Positions 13,998-27,098 of a stretch of 64,000 bases of DNA are shown here, piece after piece; within the stretch, counting starts at the first letter, position 1; each line of letters starts with the position of its first letter. A model generated the notes under the pieces. It saw only the letters and a list, made by a program, of their open reading frames with translations, did no database searches and was not told the origin of the DNA. The DNA comes from Paragordius varius (lineage: Eukaryota > Animalia > Nematomorpha): assembly GCA_964247055.1 (NCBI GenBank), contig OZ176052.1, forward strand, positions 3,906,001 through 3,970,000. Direction: 5' to 3'. The translations under genes were made by a program, and so were the position numbers.

Positions 13998-14548
13998 CAC
14001 TTAGATATAAAACACATTCATTTCAGTCCTTCAATTCAAATTAAAGTAGTTGGAACCCAAGCCTGTTTAAACATAAATGTATAAATATTAAAGGATTTGA
14101 AAGCATGGCAAAAGTTTGCACCTATATAACATTAATGAACCATAATAAAAAAAATCATTCAAAAATACTTGAGATTATTTATTTTAAGTTAAAACCCAAA
14201 GGTAAAAATTTAGTCAACATGGAATGTGTGCATTAGCTAAATTTAAAAATATTAAAAATAAACCCCTTTTTCTGTTTATATTTATGATGTGATTTAAATA
14301 AAAAATTAGCTCTTAATTTAGTGTTAAAATCAAATAAACACGACATTTTGCAAAAATGATGTAAAATTAAAATGGCGTCGAAGTAGTTTGATATGAAGCT
14401 TTTTTTCAAAGCTAAATTTTATTTCGATATTTCGGCTTTTCTATATAATTTTTTTAGGATAGAAGCATTTTGACCGTTTCTTTCAGTAGTTTTTCAAAAA
14501 TATCAACTTGAATATGGATTATTTAGATACCCTATTTTGAATCGAAAA
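13998..14548 (+). mobile_element. piggyBac-like non-autonomous element, copy A
   Basis: Starts TTAA-CACTT and is colinear with copies at 26489 and 33545 (shared aatggcgtcgaag and taggatagaagc blocks). Right end is degenerate. Confidence 0.8.
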
Positions 14549-15133
14549 TATTTGTATTTAAATACATTTGATCAAAAATTGAGATATAATATTTAAGATC
14601 ATTAAAATATAAAGTGCTTTAATATCGTTAAAAATTATATATTATATCAACTATGCAAAAACAAAAAAATATTTAATTAATTTTTTGGCAAAATATGCGT
14701 TTTTTAAAAAAATTGTTTGAAGTTATAAATAGCATATATTAAAATTCTTATCGCGCTTCTCCGGTATTTTTGCATTTATTTAATATCACCCCCTAGACGG
14801 ATCGACATTCAACTACCACACATCTCAAAATTAAAATTTAATATAAATGCTTTGTGAATTTATTAATATTTTTCGGAATGAAAAATTTATAGCTAATTAT
14901 GCGATTTTTTGATACGGAACACAAAAATGAAACGTCGACTGGTATAATCCAAAATCAAAATCATGATAATCATGATATGACATATATATATGTATATTTA
15001 TTACATATATACTAGAATATTTTTTATAACCCCCCATTTTGTGACCTGTATATAAGTGAGATAAGCGGAATATGAAAAATATATTTTTATAAAATATTTT
15101 ATACATAGCTAAACTCCATAAAACTTCCTAATT

Positions 15134-15324
15134 CAGTGACACTCAAACCGCAGGCCACGGACCGCATGCGGCCCTAAAAATGATGTTATGCCCTGAATTA
15201 ATTATTAAATTATTTGGAGTTAAATATCTACAAATAGGTTAAAGCCATAATTTTATCGGCATTATGGCCCTCGAGACCGGAAAATATTTTTTTTGGCCCT
15301 TTAAATTTTTGGTGAGTACCACTG
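15134..15324. mobile_element. hAT-type MITE
   Basis: Ends CAGTGACACTCA / TGAGTACCACTG, with the subterminal ggccacggaccgcatgcggccc motif typical of Charlie-like MITEs. No TSD detected. Confidence 0.6.
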
Positions 15325-15475
15325 ATAGATTAGAATACATCAAGTTAGTTAACCTTAGACAAGACCAATTTATATATTAGATTTGAATACATTTTGATGA
15401 CCTTTTATATATGAGTTAAACGATTGTATCAATTTTGTATTTAACCTGCACAAGTTATTTTACCTTGGCTTAACA

Positions 15476-15850
15476 TGTAAATATTGTATTCACAAAAAGT
15501 ATATATACATCGCAAACTGTATGTAGTTTAGTTTTTGCATTTTATCTCAATAAATCTTATTGTTTTACGGTTTCTTGATTTACTACATTTGGCGCGGTCG
15601 AATTTTTTTTACCTCATTACATTCGCGCATGGAGAAATTAAGTTTAGAACCCTATGATCCAGCAACGAGTTTCGAGGATTACATAGATTATATAAAGAGA
15701 ATGTTAAAAGTGAAATCAATTCCAGAAGATGATGAAACAAAAAAAAACTTACTATTGGCCTCGCCTAATTTGCATCTTTTAGTAATCAAGTCAATTTTTG
15801 CACCTGAAGACAACGTTTGCAAAACGCTGCCATTAGAAAATGGGTGTTGA
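15476..15850 (+). mobile_element. Ty3/Gypsy remnant: short LTR-like segment, PBS and gag fragment
   Basis: TG...CA segment 15476-15587 containing AATAAA, followed by PBS-like TGGCGCGGTCG (15590-15600). The ORF LEPYDPATSFEDYIDYIKRMLKVKSIPEDDETKKNLLL resembles a Gypsy gag N-terminus. No matching 3' LTR found. Confidence 0.6.
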
Positions 15851-17481
15851 AATTTTTTTGCCAGTTATGAACATGCATCGATTAATGTGAAACATGCGAA
15901 ATTCAAATAGTTGTGATATCAATATGAAAGAGAGTGAGTGCTTCAAGAGGCCACAAAACTCCGAAACCGATAAACCTAACTCAAACGAATCATTGGCAGA
16001 AGCATTACATGTATTACAACAATTGATATATGTCTACAAGCAATGGGAAAGGAGATAAATAAACTAGGTAAAGGGATCCCATATGATTTGAATAGGCGTC
16101 AAATCATAAATCGCAAAGTGGCTTATAAATCCTGCAAGGTCACAAAAAAATTTTAAATCCCAAGCAGAGCGTGGCTTGAGTATTGTGTCTTTCGAACTTT
16201 GTAAGCCCGGTAAAACCGTTAATGCACATCGCTAATGCCAACATATGATTAATTTAAACCATGTATAATCGAAACCGAAATCGCCAGAAAACATGATTTT
16301 GATACATTACAACAACTCAACTCTCGTGACCTGGGGCCATTTGACTAATACAAACTCGTCAACACCATCGCAAAGCAGCACTTTACTAATTTGGAAAGAT
16401 GTTGAATAATGTCGACAATCCTATCCATCGGCCGTATAAGAGGCGAAAATTTAACAACTGGAAGGTATATATATTACTGGGAGATGGGCCAAACGTGTAA
16501 AATTCGATGAACAATATTTAGTAAATGAATTCCTTGTAATACTTCATATTTTTTACCAATGAATGATAAAAACTTGTGATTATACCTAGTGTAGTTCTTA
16601 TTCCTTGGACAAGAAGTAAAGCCTATCCCACTTAAAAATAAAGTTGAATGGTGCTATATAATGTTACGCATTACATATTAATGCAATCGTATTTTCTCTA
16701 TTTAATAAATGAATTGATTGAATTAATTATAATTAATAAAATGTTGTTGTTGTTGATAAGGTCGATTCCGACTAACTGCAACATTGAAAATATAACTTCT
16801 CCATTTATTGCAAATACAAGATTTGGCGTTTAGCTCAGATAATGTTTGGTTCAATATATTGAAAAATAAATAAAATATTGTCTTTATTGTATTCTTTTGT
16901 AGAAAATATAATGTTGCAAAAAGTTTTAATTAACATCTCCCACAAAAGGCTCTAGAATTCCCCAGAGGACTCATGACATTTTGATTAACTACTTATTAAT
17001 GTTACCTTCTTTAAGAGATATATTAACGGTTTGTAGCTATATGGTAGTTTATTTAAAAAGCAGCTAGCTAACAAAATAATCTAATTTTGGTTGCAAGATA
17101 CCGTGTAATGCGTTTCTTGTAACAATTAATTATTATTTTTATTAATATTTTTTTTGGATTCTCAAAATTTTTTACTGCACCAATATCATTCCCATTATAG
17201 AGGACGCTTATACAAGTCTCCCGCACAGAAAACTTGAAAAAAACATTGATTTTTAATTATTTTTTTGGTACTTTTAGATATTGATATAGGATATACGATA
17301 AAAATACATGTAAAAAACATTTTTCAGAGGCTCACATAAAATTTTGCCCAATTATTTAGGTTAGTGGGTTCCAATCTAGAAAAAATATATATCCTTACAC
17401 AATCCACGATAGTTAAAATGGACTTTTAATAATCAAAGAATATAGAGCTTTAATCAAAAATATTTATTTTAATAACCTTAA

Positions 17482-17519
<38 letters not shown>

Positions 17520-19269
17520 TTTAAATATTTCAGGCTTATGGCTTTAATAGTATAAAATTTTTTTATTTATTCATATTTATTTAGGCAAAAATGTTAAAGG
17601 TTATTGGCTAACCAAAAATATTTTTTTCTCTTAATTTAATTATATATTTTTTTCCTAACAAACTTTTTCAATATTTTTCTATTAGAGTTAAAGAATTACG
17701 CAATTGTACAACAAAATACATTTTTTTATAAATACGCAAGTATTAGAACTAGTCCTATTAGTTGTGTGCTAAATTCAATTTTTTACAATAAGTATTGATA
17801 TATATATATATATTAAATTAATATTTTAAACTTTTTTCTAATTTAATATAACAATATTTATATTAAATTAATAATTCATTTTCATTATTATCATCATTGT
17901 ATAAATTTGGTAAAAAATTATATTTATTTTTTGATTTCATTAAAAGGAAAATATTCTGATACGAAATTAAATTAATAAATTGTGTTTTGCGCAAAATAAT
18001 AATTATTAAATTATCGAAAAATTTATTAACTAAACCAGGAAAGTATTCTATGGTCCGTTCGTTTATATTTATAATCCATCTCTTTCAAAAATAATCATTA
18101 TGTATTGATATAACAAATTGTTTGTGAATATCATTTTGTAATATAATGAACATCTAATTAACTGTATATTGTATTATGTATGTTATAATAATCCAGTCTC
18201 TTCACAACAAGCAAAGAATGTGCGCGGTCATATTTTAGAGATATCAAAACATTACATTTATTTCTGCAAAGTTTATTGGTGAATTACGGACCGAAAACTA
18301 TAATTTCAACATAGATTATATTTTATTCTTATTAAAATATCACACAATACAACAAAATTCTACAAAGATAATCAAAAATGGTTAATATTTTAAAAACAAC
18401 TCTACAAAACCCAAAATGCTTTTACCCGATTCCATTGATGCATGAAGTGTGCCACTAAAATCATCATCTATACTAACCAAACTAAAATTCCTCAGGAACC
18501 TTTGCAGTGGTATATTTTTTATTCCGTAATTTATAAAAATTGAAATATTAATATTACAATAATAATATTCAAATAAAAATGTTGAATGAAAGTATTTTGA
18601 AATATTTTTTGATACTATATGACAAAGTTTTAGAAAGTGGCGAAAGTAAGGGTTCGCTTTGGAGCGTTTTCTGCTGAGTGTTTTGTTAGTGGTCCGTCCA
18701 TATTGTATTGTTGGGCACCTGAGCACAACCCATGTTAATTGGTCAAATTATTTTTGAAAACTATATGAATTTAAATAATTGTTTTTAAAAGAATATAATA
18801 TCGATTAATTAAAAAATTTGGTGTAACCTAAGCTTAGACTATTGAAATAATACATGAAATCACCCTTCGTATTATCAACGTCTGCATGGAGATAGATGAT
18901 ATAATTACAGACTTAACTACGTCAAAAAATTATGAAAAGTGTCAGTTTTATTTATATTAAATTTTGAAAGACTTAAATGCTTTAATCAAATGGGCAAATA
19001 TTTCGTATATGCGTCAAGCACCTAACCATATATATAGTATTTATATGTCAACAGTTTTAATCATTGCTGAAAACCCAGTATATTGTAAATCCTTTATACG
19101 AATTCTATTGCTCAATTCTTTAATATTTTGCATCTTTTTCAAAAAAACGACGGAGGAACCAAGTTTTATTTTTTTTACTCTTTGATGCGTTTTAAAGAAT
19201 AGCTATCATAGCGGAATCTCAAACTTTATACGGATGAGGTAGGGTATACATATTTTACTAATTTTAGGG

Positions 19270-19315
<46 letters not shown>

Positions 19316-20746
19316 CGTATGTGGGAAATAAAAGCATTTTTAAATTTTTTGTTACTTTTGATTGGGTATAAATTTTTTGACCTATTATATATTTGAAAAA
19401 AGACACATTAGCCAATAATATGGCTGTTTAGTGTATAACTAATATCCAAGTTTGATTTAAAATTATAGTTTTTATATGAGAAATTGAATTTATGATTTTA
19501 ATAGCCGTAAATATATCTAGACTTATATTTTTGTAGCGTAAAAAAGCCCATAAAAATTAATTAATTGTTAAAGCAAAAAATATGGTATTAAATTTGTTCA
19601 ATTATTTTTTCTACAAGTAAGCTATAAATTATAATTAGTAAAATATTGTTTCAAATATTTAGATATCAAAACTAAATATTATAATTCCATTGAAATGTTT
19701 TCTTAGAGGATAATTAGCAAATTTTGTGTAAAAAACGCGACATATTATGCATAATTAATTAATTAAATTTTATTAAATTAATATAATCATTTTTATTATT
19801 GTCAACGAAACTTTAAAAAAACTATAAAAATGGTCCGAATAGGTTTTGTCAAAATAATTCTTATTATCATCAGGTTTAAAATGTATATATCACAATTATT
19901 TTTGATAACATTAAACCTCAATTCATTTAAATATTAATTATCCCTAGGTAATATTATAAATTTTAAAGATTTGTCTCCTAATCACAATTTTATTAAAAGC
20001 CATTTGACCAGTAATAGCAAGTTTATCGATGCATTAACTGCCGAGACATAACTAGGGAGAAGGGGGCTTATGCACCTGACGTCATAGTTGAAGAGATTAT
20101 AAAAAAATTTTAATCAAAAAAATAGGTATTTAAAAGTTATTATTTTTAATAATACATAAAAAAGTCACCCATTTATTAATGGTCATGATCACGGTTTGAA
20201 TTTGATTATTTTTTTATTGCAAGGAATTGCATGGAGGGGATGACGGATTCATGCATTCGACGCAGAAATCGAAACTACGCCTTTGATTAACTGTTAAAAA
20301 GGCTTTAATATATTCAAAATATTAAAATTTCCTTAAACATTAATATATTTACATATAGCAATAATATATATATATAAGAACTTGAATCTGTTTAAATAAA
20401 TTTTGATAATAAAATAAAATTTGTTATTCATGAACTCTTGAAACTTTTCTCTGTAGTCATTGCAAACTTTTACAGTTAATATTTAAATTATACAGATAAA
20501 AGGTAAAAACATAAGGACAAATTTTCAAAAGACAACTACATTTTATTAAGCTTTGGTTTTTCCTATATAAATAAAATGGACTGATTGTGTTACCAAATTA
20601 CATCTCAATTTCATTATATGCAGCTAAAAGCAAAAAATCTAGTTTATAACAAAGTACTCCGGTTTTTTTTGGAAAAAGCATTTGTCTTTATGTTTTTATG
20701 TTATGTCTGCATATAATTTCAATGTTTACTGTATCATAGGGGGGGC

Positions 20747-23700
20747 ATGCTTGAATTAAGAAAGGAAAGATCCCGCGATGCAGCACGAAGTCGAAGGGGA
20801 AAAGAAAATCATGAATTTAATCTTTTGGCCAAAATGTTACCGCTTCCAAGGGCCATAACTACCCAATTAGATAAAGCATCCATCATTCGTTTAACTACAG
20901 CTTACCTTAAAATACGGGAATTTTGTACATTCGGTTTCCCAGAATGGAATGGTAGAATTATTTCAGAGCAATCTATCCTCTCCAAAAATAACCACATACA
21001 ATCACCAACTAAATTGATTGCTTGGGGTAACGATTGTAAAATTTTGAAATATCCTACGATTAAACACCATACAACCAATAAAAATATTCCAGCAATGACA
21101 ACATATCTGAGTAAAAACAGCAATGAAAACATTTACCCATTTGCATCAACTAATAAGTGCGTGCCATCATCATTAGAACCTAATTTTGGTAATTTAGTTC
21201 CAATCATTAATATTTATAACAATTAAAGTATAAAGCAAAAACGTAAAAATATAAAGGACAAATATTTTTTGAAAAGACGTTTTACTTTTTTAAACCTTGA
21301 TTCTTTCAAATATAATCATCCTTTGGTTAATAGAAATAGTTAACAACTCGCTTATATATCTCATTGTAATTATAGTTTATGTATCAGGGTCTGGAAAAGT
21401 ATGGTTTTCTTTTTTAAATAATATATCAGTATTTTAATTAACATTAAATGCATGAGGTTGTGTTGCCAGTTAAATATTTTTTATCAAAAAATAGGTCCTG
21501 CCAATAAAGAGATGGAAATACTTATGGGCAACAACATTTTACAAGTAAAATTTCGCCAACATTAATTTCTTAAATATATCAAAAAAAATATGTATATAAA
21601 TTAATAAATTATGTACACCATCATTAGGCTTCTAAATATTTTTATTTAGTCCTTAGATGGCTTTGCATTTGCGCTATATAATGATGGCCGAATATTATAT
21701 GTGTCGGAAACTGTATCCATTTATCTCGGTTTATCACAGGTAAAAATCCCCACGATACGATTATATAAAATTATTTTTGAAGGGCGAATTATTATTTTTA
21801 GAGATTTACATTTTTGTATTAAAAAAACCCAAAGGTTGAATTGACTGGGAGTAGCATTTTTGATTACATACACCTCAAAGATCAAGGTGAATTCGCTAAA
21901 ATGCTAGGGATTGATCTGAAATGGATTTATTCGTCCAACGTTGAAACAACCTTTACAACAAATGCATCAGAACTCTCGAATAACTCCACCAAAAATGATC
22001 AACTATTTGATCTGAATCATTATAATAACCAGCGGATACCCAACACTTCATCAACGGTACAAATATACCCTGATATAGCTTTTAGCGAAACAGGTCTGCT
22101 AAGTTATTTATAACTCAATAAATATCTTAATTTAACATAAGACGGCTTTTTATATCAATATGTGTGCGTGTATATATAGTTGGAACTATGAAATGTCGCA
22201 AAAACAAATACAATAAAATCATTTGTATTCGAATGAAATCAACACTCAGTAAACGCGGGAATCATGTCAAGCAATCGGGATATCGAGTAAGTAATAAAAT
22301 AAAAAAGTATATTTAACCCTATTATACTATCGTAATTCTAACGTTTTCACCCCTAGGTGGTTCAATTGATATGTCGTTTTAGACCCAAAATCAACCAAGG
22401 TACATTAAATGTGTTATCATCAAAATATATTTTAAATACTAAACAATTAAATTTATAGATGATTTGATTGGAATGGTTGGGATTGCAATAGCTCCGCCAC
22501 CACCTGCCATTCATGAAATCAAAATTGAGAATGACATGTTTGTCATGCGACTTAATCTCGATTTCAGTATTATCAGTTGTGAAACAAAGTAAAACATATA
22601 TTGATTCAAAAGTTATATTATGTATTTTACAGTAGAGTATGGTAAAAGTTAAACGATTTTTCCCTATATTTTGTTTATTGAATTATGAACATATTTTTAA
22701 TACCATGCGCTACTGTATTTCATATAAGACTTAAAATTTTGGCGAGATTTTATTTTTGCATGGTAAAAATTTGGTTGATAAAAGAATCATATTAGAGGGG
22801 AGTTTTCTCTAATTATAAAAGTTTTTTTAATACATCATCCCAAATAATGATTTACATAGGGAATCTTCAATTTCCAATAAAATTTAAACTTTTACCAAAA
22901 TATGTATTTTATAATTGTAAGGCGGCTTTGACGACACATATATCTACATAGGTTTTCTAGATTAATATATGATCAAAATTACCATAATTATTTGAAATAT
23001 AAATAGTGATAGAGCCTAAATGTTTACTGTTATCTATAATAATAGAATGTTAATTTTCCAAAAAAAAGCGTGGACCATTCAATTCGATAAGATTGTTCAT
23101 TTTTTTAATAATGCATTGAACATTGTAGGATATTTTTTCAAATAAACCACTGCCACCGCTTTCAGGTCATATGACACCCTTTGCGAAAAAAACCCCAAAA
23201 TACTTAAAAGCAATATCCGTTCATGTTTAAAGATTAAAATAAGTCAATAGTAGTTTTTAGTATTCTCTATGTAGCACTGTGAAAAAGGCCCACCATATAA
23301 AAACACCATGGTCTTGAAGCTAACTTTCACACAAGTGACAATATATTCAATAAGGGTTTTAATTTTTTCCATTATAAAATCGCAAATTCTACCCCTTTAA
23401 ATAGTCGCTGGGTAGGGGTTACCGTCTGTAAAATGCGCCATCCTATACCTTTAAATCTAATTTTGTCCAAGTTAAAATATGGGATTCAATTATGGTTTTA
23501 GGTAATTTTTGTATAAATGCAAAAAATTTTAGTTTAGGTTTATAATTAATCCCTGAATAGGGCTTTATCATCTGTAAAGACCACATTATAGATATTATAT
23601 GGCTTAGAAGCGAGTTTTTGGATAAACGAGCATAGCAAGTTAATAATACTAATTACGTTATATTATTTTAATCTTTCAAGCGGCCATGTCCGTAAACTTT

Positions 23701-24623
23701 CGCCTTAGAACTCTTTCTATGGCTTCTCGCGTTTTAGGTTCAGTTTTGCCATGTCCCTCTTAACCGTATCTATCCATAGTGTTTTAGGGCACCCTCTATT
23801 CCTCTTACCTCAAAGGCGTAGCTTGCATATATGGCGCCCAGTATATCAGCTTCCCTTCCCCCGCCTATTTACGCCTCTGTCTTACCTTTTCCAATATAAT
23901 CATCATTTTTACCATTGTAGTTAATATCTCTTCTTTTATCCAAACCATCTAAGACGATTTAACATCATCTTTTGGGTTCTCGGCTTGGTTTCCGTACTTC
24001 CTTCCTATAATGTGAACATTCATGACCTTTTCTTTCTTCGTTACACCGCACATCAATCTAAGCCCAAAACCATATTTGTCCAAATCGCAGATAATTAATT
24101 TTAAGGATGCTTTTAAGTCTAGGACTTAAACAGCTTTCCAGGTTTTATTTCTTAAAATTATTGAAGTATATGAAGCCGTTTTTTGAAATAGACAATGGCT
24201 TTACAACATAAAAGCGTACCAATTTAAAACTTTGTACCTGAGTTGTACGGTTAAAAATATTTAAATGATATGAAATGGATAATTAGCTCTTAAAGTAAAA
24301 TATTTACATTTTGCAGAATAGAACAATTCACGGGTTTGCAAATTGGCGATGTACGAAACCGTACCCTTTACAGTTTGTGTCATATTCTAGATTTGCCAAA
24401 ACTTCGTAAACATCATTTAGACTGTAAGTTTTTATCTTTGATATCACTCTTTAAACATATTTATAATTATTATATCCATAATTTCAAGCCCTCACAGCAA
24501 ATAATGACGAATTTAACAAAAAACACTTTTTGGTTTTATGGATTACAAACATATCCATAGTTAAGTGCCACTTTAAAAGAAATATATACTATATGTCAAA
24601 TGTCCATAGTTAAGTGCCACTTA

Positions 24624-24662
<39 letters not shown>

Positions 24663-25746
24663 CAAATATATAGTGTTGAAAAAGGGTCAAATCATTACCG
24701 ATTATTATCGTATAATGGCTAAAGACGCGGGATACATATGGGTACAAAGTTGCGCTACAGTTGTTTCCCACACATCACCTCATGCTTCAAAGTTTATCAA
24801 TTCTCAAACATCAAGCAACACGCAACTGTCGGTAGGAATGCCTCACCCGGAGAACGTTTTAGACATATCAGGTAAAAAATATGTTACCTTATAAAATTTT
24901 CTATAGATAGGTCGTCTCGTTGTGATAAACTGCATTTTCAAAATAAAGAATGATACAGTAACGTAGTTCCAACAGCCAAGATGAGTTTTTAAGAGATGTT
25001 TCATAAATATTTTTAAGGTGAAGCGTTTTAATAGATTTAGTTCTCCCAAAACTATCACATTGTGGTTTATAAACTAGACTCTAATAAATCCTTTACTTTC
25101 ACCTGATTTTATTTATAATTTTATTTTGTGCCTGTATCTAAAGATAATAATAATAAAATGCTTTTACAATGTACGGAAGAGGAAACCGAAAATTTTTCCC
25201 CACGATCACACACATCAAGTGGCACAAATAGTTCAGTGCATTCAGGAATATTGGCGCCTTTTTCTTACAATTCTTCTTGTGGATCACAAAGTAATAATAA
25301 TAACATATCCAACACCTCTCAAACCAATATTAACCATCACCATTCTAATCTTATCCTAACGGATGAAGATAGCATAATTCTTATAAACTATCTAATATGG
25401 TAATAATTTTAGTTGTTTAGTATTCGTTTATTTTTGAAAACTCTTAATCCTATTTATAGGTTTTCCAAAGTTAAATCTTAAAAATTTATAATATTTTTTA
25501 AGTGATAATAAAACAACACCGCCAAATGTATGTAACACACTGCAAAATGTTATTACAATGTCATCAGATATTGAGACACCCCTAATACCTATCAATGACC
25601 AATCCTCTCAAAAAACTTTGGATTTCTATTCAGTTACTGAAAATAATCATTATAACTATGAAAAAAATGTAGTCAATATGGCAGACATAGCGGTAAAAAG
25701 ATCTGGAATTCCTCCTCAAAGAAAAAAATCAAAATTGAAACATTAA
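20747..25746 (+). CDS. trh: bHLH-PAS transcription factor Trachealess / NPAS1-NPAS3 orthologue
   Basis: b[51 protein letters not shown]; [37 protein letters not shown] and [11 protein letters not shown]; [27 protein letters not shown] and [21 protein letters not shown]. Phase-consistent exons: 20740-21188, 21495-21544, 21650-21739, 21835-22093, 22180-22286, 22357-22399, 22459-22588, 24317-24423, 24674-24871, 25144-25399, 25503-25746. Confidence 0.93.
23670..24090 (-). mobile_element. RTE-clade LINE 3' remnant in trh intron
   Basis: Minus-strand fragments [23 protein letters not shown] and [20 protein letters not shown] match RTE RT C-terminal motifs, interrupted by stops and frameshifts. Confidence 0.75.
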
Positions 25747-26488
25747 TTTTATTATGTAAATGTAGTATTTTAGCGATGTCGATATATGATTGCAATTTAG
25801 ATTAACTCTTACTTATTTTATGTAAATAGTAAATAATATTTGTTTATTATAAATTAAAATAAATATGTATTTAATTCATTTAGATTCCTATAGTTTTAGA
25901 AAGCGCAAAATAGCTTAAAGCGGAGTTTCATAAAAACATCGTTTTTTTCATCTACCTGATACTTTTTTATATAATATGGATCAAGGCGAAATTTGTAACG
26001 CTAAAAGGTTTTTTGAGTAAAAAATACCCATATCATTTCAGAAAGTTTTCAACTAATAAACATAAAACCCCCATCAAGAAACGAAATAATTCAAAAATAT
26101 TAAATTAAGGTGCTCTTTTTATATTGTATTGAAACGAATTTTAGTTCAATATTTGCAAAGAAGATCGGCTGATAACATTTAACCAAAAATAAATTAATGT
26201 TCAGCCTAGGTCGTAAGTAACAATTTTTCTGAAACATAAGCAGTAAGTTATAATTAAAAAACAACAAACAGTAAAATTGTTGTTCAATTAGATAATTTCG
26301 CTGTTCAAACGATGGAAATAAAATATTTTATAACATCCAACTTTTAAACAACTTTAATTATATTTATAAAGTTTGTACAATGAATCTAAAGATGGTAAAG
26401 TACATTTTATATGAATACAATTTTATTAAATGTCTAAATTTCAATTGTTTAGGTATAATAATTAAAGTGAATTAACACATTGGTTTAA

Positions 26489-27043
26489 CACTTGGCAACT
26501 CATTTATTTTAGTACTTCGATTCAAATTGGGATAGTTAAATACCCCAGGCCTGTTTAAAATTAAATTTTTTATAAAATATGGAAGGAATCGAAACCATGG
26601 CAAAATTTTGGACTTATATAACATTAATAAACCGTAATATATAAAAAAATTTATTCAAAAATACTTGATATTACTTATTTTAAGCTAAAACCGACATGTA
26701 AAGATTTCGTCAACGTGACATGTGTGCAATGGTAAAATGGAAAAATACTACAGAATAAACCGCTTTTTCTATTTCTATCAATGTTAGATGTGATCCTTTA
26801 ATTTTACTCTTAAAATTAAATGAAGACGATATTTTGCAATAATTTTGTAAAAGAAAAATGGCGTCGAAGTAGTTTGACATGGAGTTTTTTTCAAAATTTT
26901 ATTTAGATATTTTGGCATATTGATATTTTTATTAGGATAGAAGCATTAATGTAAATTCAGACCGTTTCCTTCAGAAGTTTTTTTAGAAATCCTAACTTAT
27001 ATTTAGTCTGGGGTATTTAGATACCCCAATTTGAATCGAAGTG
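26489..27043 (+). mobile_element. piggyBac-like non-autonomous element, copy B
   Basis: TTAA-CACTTG...CTTCGATTCAAATTGGG at the left end; CCCCAATTTGAATCGAAGTG-ctaa at the right end. Confidence 0.85.
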
Positions 27044-27098
27044 CTAAATCGGTATTGTATATATATGAAATAACAATTATGAATGTAAAATAAAATAA

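Noticed and set aside
20077-20084. TGACGTCA CRE palindrome upstream of the trh bHLH exon
   Set aside because: A single 8-mer is expected by chance in 64 kb, and there is no supporting context.
20747-20930. Identification of the bHLH-PAS gene as single-minded or HIF/sima
   Set aside because: The basic region [12 protein letters not shown] and upstream ELRKE are diagnostic of Trh/NPAS1/3; Sim has KNAARTRREKEN.
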